From positions 173,203-237,202 of the forward strand of contig MU057654.1 of assembly GCA_013265495.1 (NCBI GenBank): 64,000 nucleotides of DNA, read 5' to 3'. Made by a program: the position numbers and the translations under genes. Position 1 is the first letter of the stretch. Every line of letters starts with the position of its first letter. Under the pieces are notes generated by a model, which searched no databases, had not been told where the DNA came from, and worked only from the letters and a program-made list of their open reading frames with translations. Below are positions 12,290 through 26,295 of this stretch, piece by piece. The DNA is from Vicugna vicugna. Taxonomy: Eukaryota.

Positions 12290-13880
12290 GAGATGGAGGC
12301 TATGCCTGGGTCTTGACTTACCTAAGTAGATATAGCTTTGCTACTGTTGAATGTCTAACCTTCTAGCAACAGAAACTATTGTTGGTCCCCAAACATGGGG
12401 ACTAGTTGTATAAATTGTCCCTTTTCACTCTGAAGAAGACAGTGAGTCTTTTTAGAGGAAAATACATGTACTCCAGGTAATTGTTTGCCTTCAGGGTCTC
12501 AGCCATCACCTCTATCTGAGAGCATACAGAATGTTAGATCCACTGTCTGGCATGGGATTCCCAGAAAACACCACATTAGATGAAGAGACCCACTATAAAG
12601 CAACAACATGTGGAAATGGACAAATGAACATGGAATTCACTAGACATTTGGCATTCTGCATCATCCAGAAGTTGCTGCCTGGGAGAGGATTGGAGTGAAC
12701 TACTGAAGGCCTAAGTAAAGTTCTGTTTGAAGGCAATATTTTAGTAGCACTGGGACTCATCCTCTAGGACTCAGCATACACCATGAGTGAGACTTTTGTG
12801 TGGTTCTGGTCCTCAAAAGGAATAATACATGAATCTGGAAAACAAGAGGTATGAGCAGGAGTGATCTCATTTGCCATAATTTCAATTAATTCTGGTTGGA
12901 GAAATTTGAGTGCCTGGTTCCTAGAATTCTGAGATATTGAATTATAAGCTACAAATGCCGCTTGTGAATTTTGTTCTCCTTGTGTCCATCAATCATCCTG
13001 CAGAAAAAAGAGCCCCCATATTGGCAGAGGTAATTGACTCTGATTATCAGGAGAGGGTAAAGATATTATTACACAGGGGAGCAGGGAGAAATATGTTTGG
13101 CTCCCAAGTGATCTAATGAGTGCTTCTTGGTATTTCTCTGCCCAGTTTTAACAGGAAAAGAAACCAAGGAAGAAACCCAGGCCAGGGAAGGGTTAAGTGA
13201 TGAGGGACAGGGGTCTGGATAATGCCACTCATAATACATTAACATTATCAGATGTGAGTTGAAGATGAAGGGAATCTAGAATGAATAGTGGAAGGAGATG
13301 AGTATTAGTTCTCCACAAGACCATCTGCAAAAGTATAGGCTGGTAATGATTATCTCCTAACTTTCCTTCAGTAATATAGACCCATTGGATCCTAGAAAAT
13401 CTATTCCCTAGACATAGATGTAGAAAGAGATCCAATCAGAGCAAAGGTAGACTGTGATGAACACAGAATTATGCTGCCTAGATTCTCCCTTCAAGGAAGG
13501 ACTTGTGCCCATCTTGCTGGCATAGTAACAGATAGCCTTCAGCTGTCAGTAGTTTCAGGGATAACCTCTGGTGCATACAGCTGTCTTGTCCATAGTTATG
13601 CCCTCCTTATGGTGTTCCTTACTGATGGGGGTAGGGTATAAAGGCTCAGCCATTTAGGCCCAATGCTTGACAAATCTGGTGGAACATTTTAGCTCCACAG
13701 CTCCACACATGGTGAGCAAAACCTATCACTAGGCTGGCATAATAGACTAATTTTTCCCTTGGCCCAATCCTACTTCTTCCTCCTCCATTCTACAGGTTTT
13801 GATTCCTGTAGCACTCTTTAATAAACATCCAGCATGCTAAATTCAATCTCAGAGGTTGCATCCTAGAGACAACCTTGTGA
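12290..13880. mobile_element. ERVL-type internal fragments plus LTR
   Basis: Decayed pol/integrase-like sequence (catcatccagaagttgctgcc), then an LTR-like segment with aataaacatcc near 13820. Confidence 0.45.
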
Positions 13881-13989
13881 CCCCCGCCAGCTCTGCTGAA
13901 TGAACACTTGCATATTTGTCTGCTATGTTCAATACTAGATCCTTAGAATCTAGAAGAATGCCTAGAACATAGTAGAATCTCAATAATCA

Positions 13990-14640
13990 TTGGTTGAATG
14001 GGAATGTAAAATGATACAAACACTTTGAAGAACAGTTTGGAAGTTTAAAAAAATTAAACTTAGATCTATCACATAATCTACTTGTTCTACTCCTAGATAA
14101 TTATCCAAGATAAATGAAAGCATAAGTCCACCCAAAGACTTGTACATGAGTTTTGTAACAGCTTTATTCATAATATCTCAAATCTAGAAACATCTGAAAC
14201 ATTTACCACTTGCTGAATGGAAAAACAAATTGTGGAACACTACTCATTAGTAAAAGTAATAAACTCATTAGTAAAAATAACAAAAGTATTGATACACTTA
14301 ACAACATGAATGAATCTCAAAACAATTATGCAAAATCAAAAAATCTGAAAGAAAGTTAGTATGAACTCTATTCTTCCATTTATATAAAGCTCCAGAACAT
14401 GCAAACTGATTTATAGTAACTGAAATCAAAACAGTGGTAGTCTGGGATGGTGGAGGGTTTGCAGGAGGGAGTCTAGAGAAATTTAAAAATTGGGCATGAA
14501 GAATTTGGTGGGTAATTAATGTGTTCATTATGTTTATAGTGGTTATGATATCATAGGTGCATGAATGTATCAAAACTTAGATATGTACAATTGATTTCAT
14601 ATCAATTATACATAAAAATCTGTTAAAATAATTATTGATT
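13990..14640 (+). mobile_element. Ancient L1 (L1ME-like) 3' end
   Basis: acaacatgaatgaatctcaaaacaattatg and gcaaactgatttatagt motifs. Confidence 0.6.
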
Positions 14641-16356
14641 GGATAAAAGAATAAATTAATAATCCAGGACAGTCATTCCCCAGAAATCTACCTCAAATGC
14701 ACATTCTCTGCTCCACATTTCACAATTCAGGAACCAGGCTTCTGAATGTTCACTCTCTGGGGGTCTTAGGAATGGGCTTAAGAAACATGGCTGCCCCCTC
14801 CACCCTTATCTTTTGTCTAGAAAGCCCCAAAACTCGGCCTCACCCTAAACCTTAGTAAAAATTGATGTGAAATAAGTCTTTTTAGGTAAGCATCTCTGAT
14901 CTTGCCAAGACTAGGCAGCAATGAACACCTTGATATTTCATGGACAAAAAAGAGGGACTTGGTGAAATTGCTGGCTCCAGGCAGTAACAACAGTGCAGCC
15001 TGCACAATCTGTTCAAAAGAGACACTGTGGGCCATGGCTGAAAATCCCTGTGGTGAGGAGGAACTATATTGGAAGTTATGAGAAGGAAATGAGAAAATCA
15101 ATGTGACAGTGAAAAAAATAATTACATACAACTCTCCCATATTTTAAAGAGGAGGGATTATAAAGAAGGATCCTCTTTGTTCTGAACAGAGCAATAGTGT
15201 GTGATGATTCAGTCATGAGAAGCTGAGGGAGTTAAATGGCTCCGTTTAGGGTAAAGATTTGGAGAGAAGGAGATTGTTCAGGAAGGGCAGGAGCTGATGC
15301 TTGTTTATCTCATGAGGCTCAGGGAAAGCAGGCAAGAGTGTCTAATGAAAGGAGTTTGATGAGGTTTTGCTGTGCAATGTGCCAGAGAACCTCTTCTTTG
15401 TTCCCCTGAAGATACCAATACAAGGTACCTTGAATGTTTTTGTAGTTAGATTTATCATTGGTTGAGAAGTGAGGGATGGATTTCAGCACCTCCTCTCAAA
15501 GTTGAGGAAAGACAAAATGTGGCCCTGGGTTCCCCAAAAATATCTGTCTTCAGTAAGGTAGCAAATTATTTCAGCAGAAGTTAAGTGGTTAAATATGGGT
15601 TTTACCTTCAGAGAAACAGAATAATTCTGAAGAAGCAGAGATAAGATTCAACATGTGCAGCAGGTGCTCCAGTCTTCTTCAGAGAAGTTTTTTAAAACAT
15701 TGCATAGCTTTTGACAGGTGTCTGGTACTCCCCACTCTTGCCCAGTCCTTTCCACTCTGCCATGCCTTTTGATCAACTGACCCACTAGTCCTAAGAAGAG
15801 AAGATCTAGATTTCTCTGGTCCTTTTTTTCTTGGTAGTTGAATTTTTTAAATAAACATTTATTAACCTTCCCCTACCCTAGTGTCCATAGAATAAAAGAA
15901 CTGACTGTTGTAGGATGAGGTGCAATGGCTGCTACAGAGACCAGTAAAACAGAGTGAGGATGTGAAGAAAACTGGGGTTGATGTTGACCCTGATGTGGGA
16001 ACCCTAGCAGTTTCAGATGGCACAAAATATAAGGGGTGATTAAATGCTGTTTTTCAGGTACTTTCCATGAATCCTCCAGTAATCAGACTCATATTTTTCT
16101 CTCTGACTTGGAAGATACTTAGTATTTCTAGTTCTTCAATCTTTTAAGGTTCTACAATTTGTTTCTTGAAGGCTTGATGTTCAGTTTCTGTGGTCTGCTC
16201 AGAAGTTACTACAGGTCCATCTCTTTCGCAGCTTCTAAAATTTTGCTCATATTTTTTGTCTGATGTCCTTTTTTCTCTACTTTCTGATTTTTTCCCCTTT
16301 AAATCTTTTCTTCACTTTAGGAAGTTTTCTGGTGGGATCAAAAAAGCATTTGTAGA

Positions 16357-18900
16357 AGAGGGGATTCAAGATGGGAGAATAGAAGGACACAGAGCTCACC
16401 TCTGACAAATGCATCAAAAATACATCTATATATGGAACAATTCTCACAGAATACATACTGAACTCTGGCAGAAGATCTCATACAAGTAAAGCTACAAGAC
16501 AAACCTCCACACAACTGGGTAGGAAGAAAAAAAAGAATTGGGATGGGCCTTGCACCCTGGGGAGGGAGCACTGAAAGAAAAGTGCGCTCACCCTGGTAAG
16601 CACCTTCACCAAAGGAGGGATCAGCTGGGATAGAAGGGGAGCTTCAGAGGCTTGGAGGAGAGTGTAGCAGCCACTTTGCAGCAGGCAGAACAGAGAGACT
16701 GACACAAAGGATATGTGCAATCCCCAGCCAGAGACATAAGCCTATTTGTGCATGCTGGGACTGAGTGCTGAGGCTCGAGCTTTAGAAGACATACCTGGGG
16801 AGATGACTGGGTTTGGATGCACAGAGACAGCTTAAGGAGGTTGGAGAGTGGTACAGGCTGAAACTGGGAGTGTGTGCAAAGGAGCCCAGGTCCGCCAGGG
16901 AAAGCCCCATTGTTGGCATGCACAAGGTGAGGGGCAGGACCGCACCATAGCAGCCTCCTTCTCAGCGGCTCACAGGGGATGGTCCTGCCATAAAAGCCCC
17001 ATTGTTAATGTGCACTCATGAAGGGAGGAGTGGGACCCTGCCATAGAAGTCTCCTTCTGGCTTGCTTTGGAAGGGTGCAATCACTGGTGGTTTCCCCCAA
17101 GCTGAGGCAGGGCTGATATCTGAGCCTATTCCCAGGGGTCACACAACTTTAGAAGCAGGGCTGAAATTTGAGCTGTGTCCCAGGTGGATTTGGTGGATTC
17201 ATGCCATCAGTGCCTTTGTAAACTCACACATGCAGGACAACTGAGCAGAATACTGTTGCCCAGCTGGGACAGGTCTGGTGTTAATAGTAGGTGCGTGCAT
17301 GAGGAAGCAGGGCTGGGGTCAGGGCTGACCTTATAGCCCATGGTAGATCCAGGTGTGCAACAATTTTTGACTATGGTGGGTCCTGGTGCCTGACTTCAGC
17401 AGATCTGCGCTGTTGGCCTTGTGAGCACAGTGCCTGAGGGACACCAGGGCAGACTGCCTGCATCCCCATGGCTGAGGGGCGCTCAAGGGCAGCACCAATG
17501 CCAGCATACATTAGGAGCCCACACAGTGGGTGACAGGTGACACCACAGAAGGCACTTCACAGTGGACATGTCCTGTGGAGGATTACTCAGTGGCTCCTCT
17601 TCTAGTAGGAATGCTTCAGTCCTGCTTACCTCACACAGCAGCTCAGAAATGGATCTGGGGACTTCTACTCACAACCAGGAAACAAACCTGGACCCTGGCA
17701 GGGCTGTGACAACCACAGAGCAAAAAGGAGGCCCCACTTAACATTCAGTGCAGGCTCTAGTCACCACAACACTGATTACACCCCCTATCAAAGGAATAGC
17801 AGCCAGCACACACAGAGGAAAGACATGGCAGCCATCCACACTAAAAACAGCCCTTGTGACAAAAATATCAGATGCATGCAGGCTACAGGGGGACGCTCCC
17901 ACATATAAATAGCCCTTTGAGACCACAGTAGATAACTATTACTCCTAAATTCATAGTCAGAGAAATATAAGTAAAATGAAGAAGCAGAGGAACTACTGCC
18001 AATTAAAAGAACAAGAGAAATCCCCTGAAAGAACAATGAAACACACTTCTCCAGGCTACCAGATCCTGAGCTCAAAACGAAGATAATAAAAATACTGAAG
18101 GAATTAAGAAAGGCTATCAATAGAAATGCAGATCACTGTAACAAGGAACTAGAAACTATAAAGAGGAACCAATTAAAATTAGAAAACTCATTTGCCAAGA
18201 CAAAAGCTGAGCTAAAGGCAATAAATAGCAGACTAAATAAGGCAGAAGAATGAATAAGTGATCTGGGAGATAGAATAATGGAAATCACCCAATCAGAACA
18301 GCAGACAGAAAAACAAATGGAAAAAAGAAAGAAGGCAATATAAGAGATCTATGAGATAATATAAAGAGTGCCAACCTACACATAATAGGGATCCCAGAAG
18401 GAGAAGAAAGAGAAAAGAGGATCAAAAATGTATTTGAAGAAATTATGGCTGAAAACTTCCCAAACCTCAAAGAAGGAAACCGATCTCCAGGTACAGGAAG
18501 CACAGAGGGTCCCAAACAGACCTACACCAAGACATATTACAATTAAAATAGTTAAAGATAAAGAGAAGATTTTGAAGGCAGCGGAGAAAAACAGAGTTAG
18601 TTACAAGGGAACCCTCATAAGGCTATCGGCTGATTTCTCTACAGAAACGTTGCAGGCCAGAAAAGAGTGGCAAGATATATTTAAAGTCCTGAGAGAGAGA
18701 AACCTGCAACCTAGTAAGACTCTACCCATACTCTACCCAGCAACACTATTCTATTTCTTTCATTTTGTATCAGTATGAGGTAATGGATGTTCACTAAACT
18801 TACTGTGATAATTGTTTCATGGTGTATGTAAGCCAAATCATTATGCTGTACACCTTAAAATTATACAGTGCTGTGTGTCAACTAAACTGGAAGAGAAAAG
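16357..18900 (+). mobile_element. L1 5'UTR plus degenerate ORF1 joined directly to an L1 3' end (no ORF2)
   Basis: Starts gaggggattcaagatggg (L1 5' YY1-like motif). ORF1 peptides RPTPRHITIK and KGTLIRLSADFSTETLQARKEWQDIFKVL at 18428-18740, then 3'UTR motifs at 18770-18890. Confidence 0.75.
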
Positions 18901-19089
18901 AAGGAATATTTGTCTTAACAGACACAAAATGTGCATGTGAGAGAAAATTTAAAATAAGACAATAATCCAATCTACAAATATGCAGATTTGAAAACCAAAT
19001 ATCAAGATAAAAATGTAAATTTTAATAAAGATGTTTTATGTCAGATAGACAAATTGTTCTGGTATTTTGGTTTTGCTCACATTTTGTCT

Positions 19090-20360
19090 TAGGCTGCATC
19101 TACACAAACTAGTTTAATCATGTTTATTCTTTAGTTTGTTCTTTTTATAGTTATTTGAGGTGTAAGGTTTGGTTGTTTGAGATTGTTCTTCTTTAATGTA
19201 GGTTTTTTCACTATAAATTTCCCTCTTAATACTGCTTTTGTGATATCCCATAAGTTTTAATATGTTGTATTTTTGTTTTCATTTGTCTCAAGATAGTTTT
19301 AAATTTCCCTTTTGGTTTTCTCTTTGATTCATTGGTTGTACAAAAGTGTATTGTTTAATTTTCATGTATTTATGGATCTTCCAGTTTTCTTTCCACTATT
19401 GATTTCTTTTTTGTTTTATTTTTTAATTAAAAATGTTTATTATATACACTTTCATCATTTATGCTGTTGATTTCTAGTTTCATTCCATTGTGGTCAGAAA
19501 AGATACTTGGTATGATTTCAGTCATAAACTTGTTAAGACTTGTTTTGTGATCTAACATGTGATCCACTCTGGAGAATGTTGCATGGGTGCTTGAGAAGAA
19601 CATATATTCTATTGTTGGGTTGAAAGTTCTGTGTGTGTGTGTTAGGTTCATTTGGTCTATGGTGTTATCTGAATCCATTATTTTTTGTTGATTGTCTAGT
19701 TGATCTATCTATTAGTAAAGCTGGGGTATTGAAGTCTCTTACTCTTACTGTATTGTTGTCTACTTCTCTCTTCAGTTTTGGCAATGTCTCTTTTATTTTT
19801 GGGGGGGTCATTAGATTTACTTACTTATTTGTTTTAATGGAAGGACTGGGGATTGAACCCAGAACCTCACGCATGCTAAGCATGCGGTCTACCATTGAGC
19901 TATATCCTTCCCCCTGGCAATGTCTGTTTTTACACATTTAAGTGCTCTGATGTGAGGTGCCTATATATTTATAGATGTTATGTCTTCCAGGTGTATTGAT
20001 TCTTTTATCTTTATGTGATGTCCTTCGTTATCTCTTCTCACAGTTTTTGTCTTAAAATCTATTTTGTCTGATATATGTATAGCCACTCTGCTCCCTTTCC
20101 ATTACCATTTGCATGGAATATCTTTTTCCATCCCTTTACTTTCACCTTTGTGTGTCCTTAAATCTAAAGTTGGCCTTCTATAGACAGCATATAGTTCAAC
20201 CTTGTTTATCATTCCTTCAGCCACTGTATGTCTTTTGAGTTGAATTCATTTACATTTAAAGTAATTACTTATAAGGAATTATTTACTATTGTCATTTAAA
20301 AAAACTGTTTTCTGTTTGTCTTATAATTCTTTTGTCCCTCTTTCTCTGTCTTGCCATCTT
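19090..20360 (-). mobile_element. L1 ORF2 endonuclease-region fragment
   Basis: ORF 19427-19678 contains FSRVDHMLDHKTSLNKF...SIFSDHNGMKLEIN. Confidence 0.8.
19791..19914 (-). mobile_element. tRNA-derived SINE (camelid Vic-1-like)
   Basis: Reverse strand reads ggggaaggatatagctcaatggtaga...ttagcatgcgtgaggttctgggttcaatcccc (A/B boxes). TSD tggcaatgtct on both sides. Confidence 0.8.
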
Positions 20361-20759
20361 CCATTGTGCTAAAGACTTAAATAGACATTTTTCCAAAGAA
20401 GACATACAGATGGCTAACAGGCACATGAAAAGATGCTCAACATCACTAACCATCAGCGAAATGCAAGATAAAACTACAATGAAATTTCACCTCACATTTA
20501 CTAGGATGGTCATTATTTAAAATAACCAAAAAACAAATGTTGGCAAGGATGTGAAGAAATTGGTACTGTTGGTGGGAGTGCAAAATAATGCAGTCTCTAT
20601 GGAAAACAGCATAGAGACTACTCAAAAAATTAAAAATAAAACAACCATATGTTACCTAAAAGAATTATAATCAGAATCTTTAAGAAATATTAGCAGTCTC
20701 ATGTTCTTTGCAGTGCTATTCACAGTAGCTAAGATGTGAAAGCAACCTAAATGTCTATT

Positions 20760-23535
20760 TTTTTACAACAAAATGTGTAATGAGTTTAATAACATAATGC
20801 TTGCTGTAGAGAATTCTTACATACTCACTTGACTAAAACATACTATATTAATGCTGTACATTTTTACAAAAAAAGTTTCCAAATGAAAAAAAAGAATTAA
20901 ACATTTATGAATGGAGTTAGTTGTAGTAAACAATTGAATGTGAGCGTTTGACTGCTCCTTGTGCCTTCAAAGTTCTGCAGAAAATTTTATCTTTTTTGTT
21001 GTCCATCCAAAATGACTGAATTATTAGATGCCAGACTCTGTGTCCATGGAGAATCTATTCCACTATCTCCTGCCATGTGTGATTTTCTGTTCCTTCCAAG
21101 TGACTGAGCTCATTTTGGATCTCCTGAGCCAACACAGGTGTATGTGAAGTGTTGAAAATTTCTAACTTTTGTGTGAACGATTTTCTCATTTCCTGATTCT
21201 GAGCACTCTGACTCCAGCTAGCTGGTTTCTTTCTTGTGTCACAAAGATAGTCTTGGAGAGTTTCAGCCTCAGAAGCATCTTTCCTTGTGCCATAGTAATC
21301 AAATATACTTCCATCGGCAGGTGCTGAGGCCTGTACACAGTTAGCTACACTGGGTTCCTCTTCATCATTAAAACCAGACTGGGTCCCTGAATTGAAGACA
21401 CAGCTTTCAGCAGAGAGATTAGGGGTTTGGCTTTCACCTGGGTTAGTGAGCAACCCAGTGGGTTTGTAATGCTCATTTCCTTCAAGTACCTGAGGCTCAG
21501 ATGCCTCTATGTATGTTGCTAGTGTACTCAGTCAGAGACATTTCAGTGACCTTTTGTTTTCCTGAATGATTCCACTTGCTTCCTCCTGTAAAGGGATACT
21601 GAAAGTGGCCAGGCAGCATTTTAATTAAGTCATCATTCTCAGAAAAGTCGTCCTCATCTAGATATAATGAACTGCAGGCCCCATCACCATCTTCCACTTA
21701 ATTCTGATACAAGGCCTGGTTATCATCAGAAAGCCCTTCATTGTCTAAACTCTGCTTCCTGGACAAATGCCTTTCTCATTACACTTTCCTTTGAGTCTCT
21801 GTCTTGTCTCTCAGGTTGTCTCAAATGGTTTGCACCAATCGGGTAATTTAAAAGACCAAGATTTTGGAGTTGGCATATTGTTTTATCAATTAATCTATAA
21901 GCAGAGGATACTAGGTCTGAGGAAGAGGACCCTCGTGATGGCAGGGCATGCTGTGTTTCTTTTGTCTCTTCTAGTGTGTCAAAGTGAGAATAACTTTTCC
22001 TTAAGACTTCAAGGATTGCCTCATTTTCTCCACCATACATATCATATCTCAACATGCTTTCCCTCAAGGAACAGCATTTACAATCATTTTGCAAAACACT
22101 ACATTGAAAGTAATTTAAGAGGGAATCTCAAGTCATCGCTGATAGGTTTGACAATAGAGTTAGTCATACAAATGGATTCTGTTCTCAATTTATCATTACA
22201 CTATTCAGCACATGGCTATTCGACTTCATTCTCAAAGATTCTTAAGGAATCCAAGGACCCTGACCTTTGGAAAGGCTTTCCCTTTGGTGCAATCTGACTG
22301 GGTTTCAGATCACTAGTCTTCTGGATGTTGTACCTTTTGGTATTGGGTTCCCTCAGTGAGACAAACCCTGGAAAAGATTACTAATTTGTTTTTGTAAAAC
22401 AAATAAGAATCTGCACTGATGGATTCTCATCAAGTGGTTTCTGAACTACTGCTTCATTTGAGCTCTTAATTCTGGGGGTGGGCTGTGTAGCAGGAATATT
22501 GGGTTGTTTCTCCAGTCTAACGCTTCCTGGCTGCATCCCACTTACCTGACTCCTGGTTTTGTGTCTTTCCCTACGAGAATGGACCTACCTTCGAACTTTA
22601 CAGACTGGCCTTGCTTTTTCTTAACTCACACTTTTGAAAGATATTTGTGCCTGACTGTCAACATATCAGTGGAAGTGCCCTGGCTGTTACATTTCTTCTG
22701 TTCTTCATATTTTTGCATTAGGACAGTAATGTTTGATTAAGTTGTCAACAGTCAGAATGGGATTGATTTGTTTGATTACCTCATGTCTCAAGGGATATTG
22801 TCCAAGTTATCTTCATCTCGGACAGGCCATTCCTCTGGTGGGAATTGAACAGAGAAACTGCTGTGCTATGTTCTGGACTTCTCCTTTCTGGATATACTGA
22901 GCCAGACAAGGCTAAAACCAAGCTTCTTGACTTTTTATCTGTCTTTTGTGTGTAGTAAAGTTTTTGTGCACTCACAGAAGTGATTCTTCTCAGACACTGA
23001 AACTGCTCAATTCTGTACCAAAGATTTGGATTCCCCAAGACCTTTCTGGCCTTTTCTAGTCACTTGTGCAGCAGCTGATAGTTCCAGTATACCCTGAGTG
23101 CACACATCAGGGAAACAGCAGCAAGACTGACAGTGGGAAATGGGGCTGCAGTTTCTTTGACTAACTCTGCACAGCTCTCCACATTCACCAGATATGTAGT
23201 GGAAGTTGGCATCCAGGGGCTTTCATTTGATAGGACTCTCTTATTTTCTTGGGGGGTTGTATTTGTGATGAAGTAAGTGTGAGGAGTAACTACGAAGTAT
23301 CCAGTGTGAGAAATCTTCCTTTCTTTAATCAGAGTTCTCAGAGAGGTATAGAGACTATCTTGAGGTGGAATTGTAATGCTGGGGTAATATTTCATCAGAT
23401 ATTCCAAGAGTGACTCCTGTGTTACTACAACCTGAGTGGAATTCATATCTGATACAGCACAGCAAAGAACTTCATCCAAAGGTATGAACTGAGATTGAGC
23501 TATTGGATTCATTTGCACTGGAAAGACATCATCCA
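20760..23535 (-). pseudogene. STOX1: Processed pseudogene of storkhead box 1 (STOX1), from exon 2 through the 3'UTR and poly(A)
   Basis: Winged-helix peptide [30 protein letters not shown]...LIKERKI. C-terminus [22 protein letters not shown]...LTPFINV* with stop at 20897-20899. Intronless, with many frameshifts and stops. ATTAAA at 20785-20790 (minus strand) and poly(A) remnant at ~20758-20764. Confidence 0.92.
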
Positions 23536-24353
23536 CCTGTGACTCCTACCTGGCATGGTGATCAAAGGCAGGAGGCTGGGCAAATCTGGAGATGTGATCC
23601 TAAAAAAGCAGAGAGAAGATGCAGAGGTACACCATGTGGTTGGGCCCAAGAACCAAAGAGAGTCTCAAGGGCCAGAGATAGAGGAAGGGAGAGAAAGAGG
23701 AGGGGAGAGAAGGGTACTTAGAAAACAAAATATACCTTTCCCATGTGCATTCGCCACTAAGGGCTGGGGGTCATTACTGTCTGTCAGACTGAGTTTCAGA
23801 GCCCACTGAGAGTAGCCCAGCCAGGGTTCCTCAATTCTTGGCAAGACTTCAGGGAATTTCCGAACAATAGGAAGAGCAGAAAAGTATGAGAAAGGAAAGG
23901 AAAGCAGAAAATGGAAGACTTCCCTGATGATTCTGGCCTCCAGAACAGAGCATCCGATCAAGCCAGGGGGAGAAGGGAGTCAGCCCTGACGATCTGGCCT
24001 CCTGGGAGGGCCCGATCAAGCCAGGGGGAGACTCCTGTAGGGAGGAGGAGAAAGAGGGAGAAGCCCAAAGGGCTCCCCCAGAGTCCTAGCTATGTACAGG
24101 CCACCAAATGTTGTGGGACACAACACAGTGGCCCCTTGATGTGGTGACACGAAGGTTGGTGAAAGAATTTACCAGAGATAAAGTATGGGAATAGAAAAGG
24201 AGTTTATTAGGGTATGCTGTCATAGACAACAGTGGGCCACACAGATGAGAGGTGCCTGTGTGAGCCCTGGGGCAAAGAACAAGGGAAAAGTTTAGTAGCT
24301 ATGCTGCTATAGACAACAGCAGGCCACACAGGTAAGGGGTGCCTGCGTGAGCA
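23536..24353 (-). mobile_element. ERV1-like LTR R-U5 (24109-24353), tRNA-Ile PBS (24093-24106) and leader, fused 5' of STOX1
   Basis: Minus strand reads ctaataaactcc...tctctggtaaattctttcacc...cccacaaCA tt TGGTGGCCTGTACA. The last motif matches the tRNA-Ile(AAU) PBS TGGTGGCCCGTACG apart from two CpG transitions. Confidence 0.75.
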
Positions 24354-26295
24354 CAACCTAAATGTCTATTGATGGATGAATGGATAAAGAAAAATGGTAT
24401 ACAAGGGAATAGTGTTCAACCTTGAAAAAGAAGCAAATTCTAATTAAACCTGAAAGCTTTTGCACAGCAAATAAAACCATCAACAAAATTAAAAGACAAC
24501 CTACTGAATGGTGAAAAACATTTGAAAATGATATGACTAATAAGGGATTAAAATTCAACATGTGTAAACAGCTCATACAATTCAACATAAAAAAAACTCA
24601 ATTATAAATGAGCAGAATGATTGAATAGATGCTTTTCCAAAGAAGATATGCAGATGGTCAACAGGCACATGAAAAGATACTCAACATCACTAATCATCAG
24701 AGAAATGCAAATCAAAACTACAATGAGATATCACTTCATACCTGTCAGATGGCTATCATGAAAAAGAAGACAACAAATGTCGGCATGGATGTGGAGGAAA
24801 GGGAACCCTTGTACACTGTTGGTGGGAATGTCAATTGGCACAGCCACCATGAAAAACAGTATGGAGATTTCTCAAAAAACTGAAAATAGAACTACAATAA
24901 GACCCAGCAATTCCACTCTTGGGTATATATTCAAAAAAATCAAAAACTAATTTGGAAAGATATATGCACCCCAATGTTCATAGTAGAATTATTTACAATT
25001 TCCAAGATATGGAAGCAATATAAGTGTCCATCAACAGATGAATGAATAAAGAAATATGGAATTCTATGGAATTATAAAAAAGAATGAAATTTTGCCATTT
25101 GCAGCAACATGGATGGACTTGAAAGGTTTTATGCTAAGTAAAATAAGTCATAAAGATTAATAGTGAATGATATAACTTATATGTAGACTCTAAAAAGTAC
25201 AACAAAGTAGTGAATATAACAAAAGAGAATATACTCATAGATATAGAGAACAAACTAGTGGTTACCAGTGGGCATAGGGAAAGGAGGAGGAATAAGGAGG
25301 AGGAATAAGAGGTACAAACTATTAGGTATAAAATAAATTACAAAGATATACTGTAAATATATACTTCAACAAAAAAGAAGGAAATCCTGCCATTTGTGAC
25401 AACATGGATGAATCTTGAGGACATTTGCTATGTGAAATAAGCTAGTCACAGAAGGACAAATACTGCATGACTACACATATATGAGGTATGTAAAATAGTC
25501 AATCTCATAGAAGTAAAGAAAAGAATGGTGGCTACCAGAGGCTAGGGGGAGGCAGAAATGGGAAGTTGTTAATCAACATATATAAATTCAGTTATGCAAG
25601 ATGAATAAGCTTTAGAGATGATGTACAACATTTGTGCCTATAGATAACAATACTGTATTGTACTATTAATCTGTTAAGAAGATAAATCTCATGTTGTTTT
25701 CATGCCAAAATGGATAAATAAAAATAATCATGTTTATTGTTTCATTTTTAAATAATCTCATGATTGACTAAGCCAGCTGAGCAACTTGACCAATGAGTCA
25801 TTTTCTATCAGTCAATACAGTTTTTGATGTTTTCAATAGAAGAATTTTTTAAAACACTGATTATCCTGCCTTTTCACCAGGTCTAATTACTGATAATGAT
25901 TTATCAGAGATAAGTTTATTACAAGAAACAAATCATAAGCTTACTACAATCTCTTTCAAAAGAATGTGTTCCCTTTAAGAAACTACACCAAGAAAAATCA
26001 CCTCCCTCTTCTGAAGTTTTAAAATTTCTGCCTGATGATACTTTTGTTTTATGATGTTGAGTGTAAGTTTGCTGAATTTACCAGTTAAAAATTGTGTAGA
26101 TAGAGTAGGATTTTATGATTAAGGTAGCAAATGTGAAAAAAAAGAAAATTATTTAATTTCCAATTACATACAGTTTTATAATAACATGTGTTTTGATGGC
26201 TGCTACTCCATAAGTGACATGAGTGAATTTAAGTCTAAATTTCCAATTTTTCTGGTCTGCCCATCTATACATATTAACTTATACTATTCGAGAAA

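Larger units (their letters stand above)
20366..25700 (+). mobile_element. L1 ORF2-end/3'UTR fragments, interrupted by the ERV-STOX1 retrocopy at 20760-24353
   Basis: [25 protein letters not shown]. The L1 resumes after the TSD at 24354 (gatggatgaatggataaag). Confidence 0.75.

Noticed and set aside
21767..22297. 176-aa plus-strand ORF
   Set aside because: Antisense to the STOX1 pseudogene, with no independent evidence.
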